DNA of 64,000 nt, taken from positions 16,494,001-16,558,000 of the forward strand of contig NC_087252.1 in NCBI RefSeq assembly GCF_037042905.1, written 5' to 3'. The notes below the pieces were generated by a model, which saw nothing but the letters and a program-made list of their open reading frames with translations, ran no database searches and was not told the origin of the DNA. Source of the DNA: Lytechinus pictus (Eukaryota). Below, piece after piece: positions 25,578 through 40,500 of this stretch (position 1 is the first letter of the stretch; each line of letters begins with the position of its first letter). A program made the position numbers and the translations under genes.

Positions 25578-28500
25578 CTGCAATGAAAAAGAACAAAATA
25601 AAATATTAAATCAAAATACATGTAGGAGTATGCTTTCAGGTAATTAAAGTATGATGTTGTCATATCAGGGAGGGAAGCTTTAGAAAATACCCTTCCTGGT
25701 ATGACTATCACAACAACTCCATCAACAATATAAAACAGAAAAGAACGGAAATAGAGACAGTAATTCATAAAATTACCTTGACACTTCTTTTATTACGCGA
25801 AGGCGCCCCCATGCGCTGACAAGAATCGCACAGGCACATGACAATGTTAATAAAGTCTCAAAGCGCTTTGCAGAAACACATAGTGACGACCTAACAGTTC
25901 CGATATTCCAGTGGTGCTATAAAAAAAACATTTCATCAACATTTTTGTCTGACAAGTTTTCAGATTTAACTTTCCTTGATTTTGATTGGCTAAGAAGCAC
26001 TGTTACTATGGTAGCTGTCTGATAATAATGAGACATGCTGGATAAAACTTTCCAATAAGTCCATTTATGAAACCCTCCAGTGGCCCGTTTCATAGACTTA
26101 CAACTGTTGTAACTTTGCCATCACGGCAACTACCATGGTAACCTTGATTATGATTGGCTGCTGAGCCCTGTTACCATGGAAGTTGCCATAATGGCAAAGT
26201 TACAACAGTTGCAAGTCCTTTATGAAATGGGCCCAAGATGTCCAACAGTTTTGTAACAACCACTGAAACCACTTTAGAGGATGATTGAATACTGACGGAT
26301 GACTCTCGTACAAGAGGACATAGCATGAAACTAAGGAAGCAGAGATGCAGATCTGCCGTTCGCCAAAATTCATTCTCATTGAGGGGCTGCAATAATTGGA
26401 ATTCCCTGCCTGAGTCAGTTGTAAGTGCAACTAGTCTAAATCAGTTCAAATCCAGACTTGACAAATTTTGGCACAACCATCCTCTGAAGTACAGACCTTA
26501 CCAAAGATAAGAAACTCAACGAGGGGCACATAAGCATATTGCTTTACGTCTCAACATCCAAGTAAGTAATTAACTAATTCATTTTGTTGTTGTCAACTGT
26601 CAATACCTAAATAACAAATATATATGATAATGAATAATTTAGGAATATACAATGGTGCTCATAAGTTAGTGAACCCCACCAGAAAATGAACATATTCAAA
26701 GTGTTCAAGTTCTGCCATGTTTTAGATAAATATTCATATTGTGAAGTCAGGTAGTAAAATGTTACATTCAATGAAGTTTATTTCTCTGGGGTTGCTGAAC
26801 ATCGTAGTGTTGTTGTCTACATTCAACACTCGGCATGAAGGAATGCATTTTGTGGTGAGGTTCACTAACTTAACAGCGCTACTGTATAACTTGTTGCTAT
26901 GGTTACCTTGATGGTGTCATTGGCGTAAGGTTAGATCCTACTGTCTCAATGACCCTCCGTCCCAACAACCATAGACCAATGGTTATCCCTGCACCTCCAT
27001 AGACAAGGATCCAGACTGGAGTTCCAGACTTTTGTTCCACGTTACCATTTGAATAGATAGCCCACAGTGCTACCAGTGGACCGATGGCATTACTGTTCAA
27101 AAGAGGAACAAATAAAAATGAACTTAATGATAAATACCAGTTGTGGTAACGATCTCAAAATGAGTTCGAACAGAATCCAATGAAACGACCACCAAAGTGT
27201 TTGTATGTATAAATGAATAAAAAAAAAAAAAAGTGCCAAATGGCTCTAGAAAAAATGTGTTACTGCGGAGAAATAAGCAAAATAAGCACGGAATTCCATA
27301 AAATGTCAGGTATACAACAAAAAAAAAAGAATACTGTCCCCCATATGCATTTCCGCGTTTATACCGATCATCATAATTATTGGTTTTCAGCAAATAAAAG
27401 ATTTCATGATCTTACAAAGCTTAGTTTGATGTATATGGCGGCATTTAAATGTGATTTTAAAGACTTTGTCAAACTTACTTTAATCATTACTGTTGAAAAG
27501 AGAACAGGAAGGGCAAATTAACTTTGAACAAGAAATTAAAGATTCTGATATGCCTGTAATCCAATGTGCTATTTGAGGCAACTTAAACCCGCAAAGCCAC
27601 ATGGACTTTCCATATGTTTTCTCATTTAATTTTTGTTTATATACATATTTAGGGAAAGTGATTTACTGTTTAAACAAGTGGAATGCCTCTGGCCGTCTCA
27701 CCTGCATCACGCGATTCAATATAGCAGCAGTGCTGATTTTGAAAACTACTATAACTCGCACAAGATGTTCAGTGATACTTGGTTACTCTTATTTCCACGT
27801 TTTATGAACTAGACCAATACACTTATAGAGATATGATGGCAATTCAACAAATACCCCCAACGTGGCCAAAGTTCTTTGACCTTACATGACCTTTGACCTT
27901 GATCATGTGACCTGAAACTCGCACAGGATGTTCAGTGATACTTGATTACTATTATGTCCAAGTTTTATGAACTAGACCAACACACTTTCAAATTTATGGC
28001 TGTAATTCAACAAATACCCCAATTTGGCCAAAGTTCATTGACCCTAAATGACCTTTGACCTTGATCATGTGACCTGAAACTTGCACAGGATGTTCAGTAA
28101 TACTTGATTACTATTATGTCCAAGTTTCATGAATCAGATCCATAAACTTTCAAAGTTATGATGGTAATTCAACAGATACCCCCAATTTGGCCAAAGTTCA
28201 TTGACCCTAAATGACCTTTGACCTTGGTCATGTGATGTGAAACTCATGCAGGATGTTTAGTGATACTTGATTAACCTTATGTATAAGTTTCATGAACTAG
28301 GTCCATATATTTTCTAAGTTATGATGACATTTCAAAAACTTAACCTTAGGTTAAGATTTTGATGTTGATTCCCCCAACATGGTCTAAGTTCATTGACCCT
28401 AAATGACCTTTGACCTTGGTCATGTGACATGAAACTCAGGCAGGATGTTCAGTAATACTTGATTAACCTTATGGCCAAGTTTCATGAACTAGGTCCATAT

Positions 28501-31500
28501 ACTTTCTAAGTTATGCTGTCATTTCAAAAACTTAACCTCAGGTTAAGATTTGGTGTTGACGCCGCCGCCGCCGTCGCCGCCGCCGTCGCCGCCGCCGTCG
28601 CCGTCGGAAAAGCGGCGCCTATAGTCTCACTCTGCTATGCAGGTGAGACAAAAAATGGCCTGTTCTGTTTTCTCACAACCTGTAAATTCATTTCAAACTT
28701 TATCTTATATGGGAATTCTGTTTTGCAAGAGGAAATGTACACTGCTAACACATGAATTCCATTTTGCAAACTTGAATTCAACGAGTTCTTACATGAAAGG
28801 TAAAGAACAAAACGGATTTTCAGTTTTGATTTACTGGTAAACAGAAAATCACTGTCCCTTATAAAATCATCTTGGCAATTAATGTGATCAGTATCTTATT
28901 ACAGATAACTTAGTGCAAGGATCTAGAAATGAAAACAAGTTTTATCCAGATTGTTACCTCACGTCATTGCCACCATGGGCAAATGAAGCGAAGACGGCTG
29001 ATAAAATCTGAAGTGGAGTACATAACTTGGCGACTACAGGATGGTCTTTGATGTTCTTCCAGGCTTCAGATTCTTTCTTGCTCTCTCTTCCTTTGATGGA
29101 ATCCCTGTTTATCAGCTGTTTCCATTTACCAGTATTCAGCTTACCAAAGCGGGTGCAGTGCTTGGGGTCGGGAGAGCTGTTCATCGACGACACACCTGAA
29201 ATGAAAATAAAAGAATTTTCATTTACAAATGCAATAACACATAATATAAAGCACTACAAAGTGATAGGGAGTCCTCCAAAAAGCAAAGAGCTTGTTAGGG
29301 CTCCATACAAGTTGCAATCCTCCTGCACAAACAACAGACAACCAAGGGAGGGAAATAAAGTAAGAGGGGAAAGGAAAAGGGTATACATATTATGGAGAGT
29401 GCACAGAGAGTGACACAGGATGAGAGAATGAATGTATATGAACAGATGTAGCCACTCTTAACCACTTGACTGCGTAGCACGTAATATTACGTGCTGGGCG
29501 AGTGTATGATCCGTGCTGGGCACGTAATATTACGTGCTTGACCTATCTTCTGTTTGAGGCGTCAGCACCGTGCTGTTAATACCCCTACGATGAAAACAGC
29601 GCATGTATATCAAATTTTAGACTATGGTCACCAGATGGCGCTTTTCCACAAAAGTTATTGAAACTTTTGCAGTGATTTATAAATGTTCGTATTCACTTTT
29701 CCAAAGTGATAGTGTACGGCGCTCAGTTCAAAATGGCGACTCGCAGTGGAGAAGTGAATCAGAAGGATTTTGACGAAACTTTAGACGATAGGAGTAATAA
29801 ATATAGTGAAAGATCTGTGTCGGAAGGGGAAAATGATTTTTTTGTATGGATATTGGAAATAGTGATGAGGAAAGTGATGTGACTATTTACAATTTTTCCC
29901 CCAAGTTGCTGTCGGTAGTAGTCCCAAATAGATCTAACTTGTTAATCCCATTCAGTAGCACCAGGGGGGTCAGTGCGCATTACAGCCTATAGCAGTCAAG
30001 TGGTTAAGGATTAGAAAAAAAAATGAGTATTTGTCAATTTGATATATATAATGTGATGCAAGATCCCTAACTTACCTGAACTTAACATGCTATCTTGTTC
30101 AACAGGAGAGGGCTCCGTACCATTCTCTTCCTTCATCTTCCCGTCCACTATATCAACATCGATACCTTCATCAGACAGGGGAACTATAGAAAAATATCAA
30201 AAATAAATAGATTGATAAATAAACGTAACACTAAATTAGTCTTTGTTTGGTGATACAGCATATATGCCCTAGCTCCTGTCTTGATGTCTCAGAGGGCATA
30301 AGGTTACATTTAGAGAGGCAAGTGTATTCTGGTTCAGAATAGTATAAAAATAATGATTGGAGTTTAGTTTTGGAGGTTAGGTTTTATGTTTGGCTTTACC
30401 GTGCAGATTTTCCATCGGAGCAATTGTCGCCAGAGCACATATCATGGAACCCCTCTTTTCGTTCTTTCATAAAAAGCCTGGGTCATATTTAGAATTTAAA
30501 ACGAACCCGACATATTTCAACACTACATATCAAACCAACTGCATTAAAAACAAACACAATTCTCTACGTCAGATGTGGAACTTCTGCATCATAATATCAA
30601 TATTGGTGATTATTTCTGTGTCTTGTTTTCTCATTTTTTCCCCTGTTCATTCATCTTCAATGCCGAAAAAAAAAAAAAAAAAACGAGCTACGGTATATAT
30701 CATCACAAGCATACATACATGTAGCAGCTGCTATGAAATAATCATTGCACGATTTAACAACACAAGTTCCCTATACATGTAAATGTAAACAAATACTTGC
30801 TCTTTGGAGCTGTCTCAATGATCTTCAAATAAAAGAATCAACCATCGGCAGTTACTTTTATGTTTTACCAACAGATCTATCGAGTAGATTCTTTGAAGAG
30901 CCTACATTTTATAAGATAAGCTTTATAGGATTTTGCCGACAAGTATGATATCTTCATAAACAAACATTTGTTCTTGGGCTTTACAAATACATGTAAAAGA
31001 ATGTTCAGACAGGAATGACTGAGTGACGAAGTGGGTCACGTTATGATTGTAATTTAATGATGTCACACTAATAAATACTTTAATCTTATCATATGTAAAC
31101 AGTTCAAGTGGGTTTGATGTACATAACCAAAATGCTGGATTCTGTATCAGTACGTATCTAAAACAAACTTAAATATAAACATTGCAGTCGCATAAAAATA
31201 TATATAATAACCTACATGTAGTTGTTTCAGAAAGGTTGCCTTTAGGGGTCTAACTCCATGAATGTTCTAAAGAACAATTGTATTTGTTTACAATGAGAGC
31301 ATGAATTTTACATTATAATAAATATCATTAAAATTTTATTTCCAATAAAGTTTCTGGATAATTTATGAAAAACTCATTCTTTCCATACATAGGACACTTT
31401 TTACATGTACATAAACACGAAACCCTGTGTTTGAGAAACCATTGCCAAGTGTATTATGGGTCTGTTGTATTAACAGATTAGGGCTTTTCTTTCTAACTTC

Positions 31501-34500
31501 CACTTACTTTTGACATCGGTGTCCAATTTGACTTCCTGTAGATCATCATCATAACTGGATGTCTCGGATAAAACTAGAAACAAAATGAGAAAAAAATAAC
31601 CTCATTAATACTGTATCATAGGTTACTCATGAGAGCACGCACAATTTGAAAATAAACCAACTCTTACAAGAGAAACATCATAAATCCTTTATTTTGAAAT
31701 GATCCCATTCATCTTCTTATTGCACTTGAAGTGGTGTCTTTTATTATCTAATATCCATAGAGTACAGATTTTCTCATTCAAATTTTAAATTGTTAGATGG
31801 CTTGGTCTCTTCACCAAGGCTGATTCATTGCATTTATTAAAGCACTATAAAAGCGTTTTCTTTTTAAATGAGCAAATCCATCTTTCAAAATGATTTAAAA
31901 CATTTTAAAACAGGAAGTAAAAAATATTAATCACAAAAAATGACCACGTATTTTGTACAGCATTTTTCAATACAATCGTGCTGCAAATTGGCGACAAACA
32001 CTCTGGTTCGCTTATACTGGAGCTACAGCGTGATAGCTCAGTTGGTAGAGTAGGGGTCTCAGATTCCGGTGACACGGGTTCGAATCCCACTTGGTGCGCT
32101 AGTGCCCTTTGGCAAGGCATTTATCCTCTTTTACCAGGTTCCTTGGAGAGGACCTTAAGCCATCTGTCCTCTGGTTGCTTTCTTACAAGCATTCATGCTT
32201 ACTTAGCAATCGGCTAAAAAAATCAACCATTAAACTAGCAAATTTAACACAAAGCTTTATAGCAATCATGGAAGCATATCCTTGACGATTGATTGCATCG
32301 ACTACAATGTACAATCAAACGTGAGAATAAAGCATGCAATCAATCGCCATTAAACCTTTGTGTTACATTGTCCTTGGGACTGATACTAACCTTGCAGTTC
32401 TTTTCTCCACCTTGGTACGAAGACGAAGAAGACGATGAGACCGGTGACGATACCAACCCCAAAACTAAGGATCATTACACCCCAGACTGGGATAACATGA
32501 AGATAAAGCACTGTATAAATAAAAACAAAGAAATTATACTTTAATATCAAATGGATTGTTTACCAAGATTGGCTTAATCAATGGGATTGTTTACCAAGAT
32601 TGGTTTAATCAATGGGATTGCTTACCAAGATTGGTTTAATCAATGGGATTGATCAATAATGACCAATAATTGGTTAAATCAATGGGATTGTTTACTAAGA
32701 TTGGTTTAATCAATGGGATTGATCAATAATGACCGAGATTGGTTTAATCAATGGGATTGTTTACCAAGATTGGTTTAATCAATGGGATTGATCAATAATG
32801 ACCGAGATTGGATTAATCAATGGGATTGTTTACCAAGGTTGGTTTAATCAATCAAGATTGGTTTAATCAATGGGATTGATCAATAATGACCAATAATTGG
32901 TTTAATCAATGGGATTGTTTACCAAGATTGGTTTAATCAATGGGATTGTTTACTAAGATTGGTTTAATCAATCAAGATTGGTTTAATCAATGGGATTGAT
33001 CAATAATGACCGAGATTGGTTTAATCAATGGGATTGTTTACCAAGATTGGTTTAATCAATGGGATTGTTTACCAAGGTTGGTTTAATCAATCAAGATTGG
33101 TTTAATCAATGGGATTGTTTACCAAGATTGGTTTAATCAATGGGATTGATCAATAATGACCAATAATTGGTTTAATCAATGGGATTGTTTACTAAGATTG
33201 GTTTAATCAATGGGATTGATCAATAATGACCGAGATTGGTTTAATCAATGGGATTGTTTACCAAGGTTGGTTTAATCAATCAAGATTGGTTTAATCAATG
33301 GGATTGATCAATAATGACCAATAATTGGTTTAATCAATGGGATTGTTTACCAACATTGGTTTAATCAATGGGATTGTTTACTAAGATTGGTTTAATCAAG
33401 CAAGATTGGTTTAATCAATGGGATTGATCAATAATGACCAAGATTGGTTTAATCAATGGGATTGTTTACCGAGATTGCTTAAATCAATGGGATTGTTTAA
33501 TAATGACAAGGATTACTTGGAGATAAGAGGAACTATTAAATTGTGGCTCAGATAGAAAAGCAGCTGAGGTATGACAAGAGTTATTAAGAGACTTACATTT
33601 TACTCTATTTCATCATAGGAAATACATGACGGCAAAGGGCAATTTTGACCTCATTACAGCCCAAAATCATCCTAAAAATTCCCCAAGACTGCATGCTTCG
33701 GGATAACCATCTTTTTTGTGAGTCTCCCGAAGATCTGTCTCTCCCAATATTCAATAACGTTTAGAGAATCAATATTCTACATTCTTGTTGCAAAATAATT
33801 ATTTTTTTATCAATAAGATCTGCATAATATTGCTCATTGGACAAAAATTTTAACCCTTAGTAATCGCCATGTGAAGGAAAAACAATAGCTTATAAAAATG
33901 AAATAGTGCTTCTTACTCTGCTTCATTTATTTTTACAGGGCAAGTACTTACTTAGTTAATATAAAGACATTATTATCTCAAAACAAAACAAACATTGATT
34001 ATTTAATTTTATATAATTTCACTATCTGTACATCTCTACGTGTATGAATACTCATTAGACTGTCCTGATTCATATGCCCTACTTAAATGTGAGAAAAAAA
34101 AAGAATATTATAAAATGTGGGGATTATTGTACACAAAATTTGCAGTTTTCTATAGCCAAAAGTGCAGGGTTTATTCCAAGACATTGGCCTTTGCTGACTT
34201 CAATCACTGACTGGCCTCAATGCAACCTTTTACTGGCCATGGATATTTTTCAGCCAATTTTGTCTTTCTTTTTATGTGGTAAAATAAAAATGCACCCTTT
34301 TGAAACATGGCCTAACCTACCGGGTATATCAAAATTAAAAGCCTAAAAATGTATGACGAAAAATTAAAAATTTAACTCTCGGCAGATCGGTGATATTCTT
34401 GGATTATGTAATTGATGCTAATTTCAGGAGTATAAGACCTCACAGAAATGTATACTGGAGTATCTAGTGGTATGAAAACAACTTACTTTCTGGACCATCG

Positions 34501-37500
34501 ATGAAGATTGAGATACAGTTAATAACAAGAACCAAAGCATAGAAGAATGGAAGGACACGTAGACCTGGCTCTAGTGGATTATCCTGAAATAAATGAAAAT
34601 AATTTAAAATGTTTAAAGTCTGGGTTTCACTACCCTATTCAAGTTATAGAATAATGATATTTGATTATTGTGCCATCATCATTGTCTGTCAAAAATGATA
34701 CCCCTTGCTCAGTTCAGAGAAAGCAAAAGAGAAAGAGAGACAAAGAAAGAGAGGGGGAAAGGGGCACAGAGAGAAAAAAACAAATGCATCACACATAGAT
34801 TAAGAAAAGATGTAAGATTATAAATAGAAATAATAATGATCAATAAATAATAGAAGTAGTAATAATAATAAAGTATACATGTACCTGTAATAATAATAAT
34901 AATATTGTGTAATGCAGTCTATCTAAAAACATTCTGTTCTGAGGCACAAAAAATATAGAAATCATCTCCTATAACCAGAATGATACAACCTTGACACAAT
35001 GTACAAGTATGTACAGTAGATTGCTTATCAATCAGAAAATATCAATAAAAAAAAATAAAAATAAAAAAAAATAAACCATGTCACATAAAAAATGTGGGTG
35101 TGTTATAAGGACAAAGTTGGGGGAGTTGAAGGATTTCCACCTAAAGACCCATCATCAAATTATTGATTTTGAAAGAACCAAGATTACATACGTGTATACC
35201 AAAATGACAACTTTCTGCTTTGATAGCAAATGCATTTCCAAATAACAAGGTTACATATATTATGTAGGCCTACAAGTCAACTGAGGTCTGGTGTACACAT
35301 GCATTACGTGCATGTATCAGGTCGATGATACTATAGTATTACAAGTATGTAAACAAATCTTGGTCTATATGACGTCGTGTGACGCAGTTATTGACCAATG
35401 ATACCACTGTAAACAGTTAACAAGCCATGAACTTTTATGAGCTTCATGTAAATGTGACTCCACAGGGCTCTTAAAGTGCACATTACCAGCAACACCCCCC
35501 CCCCCCCTTCATCCCCAGTTTGCCCCACTCATTCTTGATTCTAAAGAGCTGAAGTAAAAAAAAATCATCATTTTCTGAAAGATATATAAGGAAACCTGAT
35601 CAAAACTTTGCAGAAATAAAAGATATACCGGAATAATTCATTGTACTCTAAAGACCAGCTACTTATACTGTACTTGAGACATATTGTTCAGTTGACACCG
35701 TGAACACTAGAAATAAGTAACAATGCTAATTTATTTACATGACTGAGTAATTTCTGTGAACACTGTTTGGGTTTGATGAACTCAATTAGAGATACATGTA
35801 AGGGGATTCAAGATTTCAAAATTCCTCAATATTCCACTTTGCAATTAAGAACTTAAAGGAGAATGAAACTCTTGGAGCAAGTTAGCTTTTGTGAAAGCAG
35901 AAAAATCAAAGAATAAGATCAACAACAGTTTGAGTAAAATAGGACTAGCAATAAAAGAGTTATGAGCATTTGAATGTCGAGATCACTGATGCTATGGAGA
36001 TCCTCCCATTGGCAATGCGACCAAGATCTATGATGTCACAGATGAACAACTCTCCCCTTTTGGACACTGAAAATATACCCCAAAACATCTCTTTTTGCTC
36101 ATTCTAATCATATGACAAACGATTCATCAATGGTATAATGTTGTGAAACCTCTGTACTTGTCCTCTCATAAAGAGAACACCTCACCTTGTGATAGACTCT
36201 ATAAAAGTGAGAATATAAGTGAAATAAGTACTAAAGTAATGAGGGAGTTGTACGTGTGTGACATCACAGATCTTGGTCGCAATGCCAATGAGAGGAACTA
36301 CATGGCATTAGTAATCTCAATATTCAAATGCTCATAACTTTCTTATTATTCATTAAATCTTCCTCAAACTTTCAACAATATGTTTCGTTGATTTTTCCCT
36401 TTGATATGGATTCAGCTGGTTTCAAGGGTTTCATTCTCCTTTAAACAGTAGCATTCCATGATAAAACCCTGATTGCATCATTTTCTGTACGCAGGCTGGA
36501 TGAGGACGCATCAGGCCCATGTGTAGCCATCTTAACTTGCATTGGCTTTGCTAATCTGGGACTTCATCTATCTGGTTCCCGTTGCCATTTCTGCACTTAA
36601 AGGCAAGTTCATTCCTAAGAAATATTTTTTTGTAAAATAGCAGAAAAAAAACCCAAAAAATATTGGTTAACATTTGAGTAAATTCCATTGAAGATTAAGT
36701 TATTAAATCAAAAACTTAAAAATTATAATAACATTCTCAATCCAGGACTGATTTTCTGCAAACCTTCACCAATAATTTTTCATTATTTTTTTCTCGTATT
36801 TTCACAAAATTTTCTTAAGGATGAACTTCCCTTCACAAATGACAGTTCGGTGTTACAGAGAATGATGCACTTTGTTTTCTTGCACCAATAGGGCGGTATA
36901 TATCAGCACAACTTCCTTAAGGGCGACATGACATGTTTATGCACAAGTGTGAATTCTCGTACGAGCAGTTTGCCGTGTACTGGCGATTCCGTGAAAGCTT
37001 ACCAGGAGAACGGGCCGTCAGCTGCAGCGTATTTATGATGAATGCTGGTTAATGTAGCCTGCTGGCAAGTATAGCGGCGGGCTTGCGCAAATTGTAATTC
37101 CCTGAAGTATGCAAGTATGAAACAGCTTGGTTAAAAAAGATATATCTATAAATATGATTTATTCATTGATCTTTTTGCTGGCTAGTGCATCACGCCGCAA
37201 CATAATGAAAGACGAGCATGCCAAAAACAAAAAAAACAAAAAAAAAGACCCCCCCCCCAGAAAAAAATAAGAAAACGGAAAAATAAGCACAAGACTTTTT
37301 GCTTGAGCATTAACACAGTGTGCCTCAGTCACATTTCCCCTACAACTGCCGTACCGCGAGTCAAAAACAGCAGTTTATTCATATTACCTATAAATGTAAA
37401 TGTACATGTAGCTGGTACAAAAACTGGTAAAGAACGGCCGTTTTTGACTCGCCATACTACAGCTGCCTTAAAGGACAAGTCCACCCCAAACATTTGTTGA

Positions 37501-40500
37501 TTTAAATAAAAAGAGAAAAATCCAACAAGCATAACACTGAAAATTTCATCAAAATCGGATGTACAGTGTAAAATGAGAAAGTTATGACATTTTAAACTTT
37601 CGCTTAATTTCACAAAACAGTTATATGCACATCCTGGTCGGTATGCAAATGAGGAGACTGATGACATCATCCACTCACTATTTCTTTTGTATTTCATTAT
37701 ATGAAATATTCTAATTTTCTCCTCGTTGTCAAGTGAAACAAAGATTTATTCCTCCCTGAACACGTGGAATGAGCATTGTTTTACTATATGGTTCAGTCAA
37801 GTTGGTCCTCATTGTCAAATTTGTAAAAAATGAAATATTGTATAATTCAAACAATAAAAAACAAAAGAAATAGTGAGTGATGGACATCATCGACTGTCTC
37901 ATTTGCATGTCACTGACACGTGTATATCACTATTTTGTGAAAAATAAGCGTAACTTTAAATTGTCATAACTTTCTTATTTTAAATCCAATTTTGATGAAA
38001 TTGTTTGCGTATTGCTTGTTTGATTTTTCTATATTCATTCAAATCATCATTTTTCTGGGGTGAACTTGACCTTTAAGAGAAATGTGACTGAGGTATAAAA
38101 CATGGGTTGTGCCTTGGATGAAAAAGAGTGATTCAAGAAAGAGAGATGGGGGGGGGGTAGCATGAAGCAGAACAAAGTGGGAAAAAATCCAGTTGATTCA
38201 CAGGTGCGCACAATGTTACATAGAAAATTTACAAGGGCATTTTAACAATAGTTCATATCAAACTGATAGAATCTGGTTTTCATCAATATTTGACCTACTA
38301 TTTAAATACACAATTAGAGCACATGTACCTTCATGTACATGTACTGCAGGTTCAAGGAGAAGCAACAAGAGATTGGCATTTACAAAGGCAAACCATCTAG
38401 TTTCAAAGGTCATAGCATTGCTAAGATAGGGAACCTGTACATGAACTACTGTAGCACTGATTGTTGATCAAATGGTACTCTTTGATCAAATTATACATTT
38501 GCATAAAATGAAATGAAATAATAAATATGAAATGAAATATTTACAAAAAAAGATTGATAAAAAAATTCAAGGGGGGGGGGGGTCAGAAACAAAAATAGCA
38601 AAGGATGGAGGAAGAATAATGTATCTGAAAAAAAAAATGTTTTTGCCAAGAGTCAAGAATTGGAGTCAAATTCATTTTCATACTCTCGAGTTATATTACC
38701 GGTATACACATGTATGGAGAGGGAAGTTTTTTTTTTAACTTGTCTGTGTACTTTTGGTCAATTGATTGAAGAGAACTTTCTTGATTAATTATTCTTTTAA
38801 TTGCGAACCTATATAACAGGGCATTCAAGACAATACATGAAAAAAAGGTGGGAGTCCTTTAGAAGTTCACAAACATACTACATGTACACAAGAATGTGCA
38901 CTTTGCCTAGTTATAAAAACAATAAAACATGGTACATGTACATTATGCTCAAATTACTGAAGCACATATTAAAAAATATGCCACTATGACATTATTTTCT
39001 TTTACTATATTGTAATGAGAACAAAAGCTGATTTATTGAGACATGAATGTTAAACTTTGTCTGCACTAAAATATACTTCATTATTTGATTACCAAAGCAG
39101 GCATCGAAGACAAGCTACGCTTATTTTCTTTTACTATATTAATGAGACAGGAATGTTTAACTTTGTCTGCACTAAATACACTTTATTTGATTACCACAGC
39201 AGGCATCGAAGACGAGCTACAATAATTTTTTTTTTCTTCCCTATATTGTAATAAGATTTATAAGGAAATTCATGAGACATGAATGTGCTCTAACATGTAG
39301 GCATGCAGTATTAAAAAAAAAGTGTACTTTTATTGTGTGATTACCAAATAATGCATCAAAACTATGCTACAATAACATTTTGCCACTGTATTCTAAGCAC
39401 AGTAGAGGGCGGTTTTATGAGACATATGTTGAGCCAGAAGGTTGGCAGGAGATTGTCTCTCTTCCTTCATGTGACAGCCATGTGTGTGCCAGGCTACCAA
39501 CCAACCAAACCTAGCAAACGAACAACATGATATAATCAATCCCAATCTCTTCCTGTGATTACACAGTCACACGGATCAACAAATTGCAAATAAGATCAAT
39601 TCAACTCCGCCCCCCACACACACACATACAGTATGTAGGTCATTGCAAGAAACTAGCGATCAATTTCAAATCTAATTTGCAATTGACTTCTGGGGAGCGT
39701 TTCATCAACATTTTCATCCGATCTGACATCTTCCCTGATCTTAATTGGCTGAGAAGCACTGTTCCTATGGTAACTGTTTGATAAAATGGGACTTGTTTTA
39801 TGTCCTTTCATGAAACGCCCCCTTGTTCTGCATATTGCAACAAGGAGCATAAACTGATTTGCGGCAGTAGCTGAAGTTGATCTATGACCCATTTTAGAAT
39901 CGCAACAGAAATTTGCAAATTGATTTGCACAGATAATTGCATATACAAGGGGTGAATTTTCTACCAATACTAATTATACAAAATTAGCAACTGATAAAAG
40001 ACATGTACACACACAATGTGGGGGGGGGGGTATAACACCCCCCCTCAACTTTTAGACATTAATGTAAAATAAAAAGACAGAGGTATATGTAGAGTAAACC
40101 AAGATAGAAATTAATAAAAAAGCAATATTTGTGCCCCCCCCCCCCCACAATCATAAAATAATTTCCCAGGGGCCAGTTATGTAAAGTGTTGCCATCAAGC
40201 GCAACTAAAAAAAACCAAGCACAATTCCTACACATGTCCATGTATATCCATTGGTTGAAGATCAAATTGCATTTGAGCTTCGCACTTGATTGCAACTCTT
40301 GATGCAAAGGGCCCCATATCTTTTACCTATTGACCAGACAAAAGATGCAATCCCAGGGGCGGATCCAGGATTTTCCCAAAAGGGGGGGGGGGGGGTGGCG
40401 GCACATTTTCCCCAAGAAAAATCTGACTAGCTGAAAAAAAAGTGTTCACTTTTAAGAGGGGCACACTTCTGTTTTAACAGCATTTTTACTTAAAGGGGAA

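Noticed and set aside
32027..32100. tRNA gene (also 48022-48095)
   Set aside because: A and B boxes are present, but both copies continue into a shared ~120-bp non-tRNA body and A-rich tail, which indicates a SINE
32550..33505. CRISPR-like array
   Set aside because: Inter-core segments are a few recurring variants rather than unique spacers; no cas genes; eukaryotic intron
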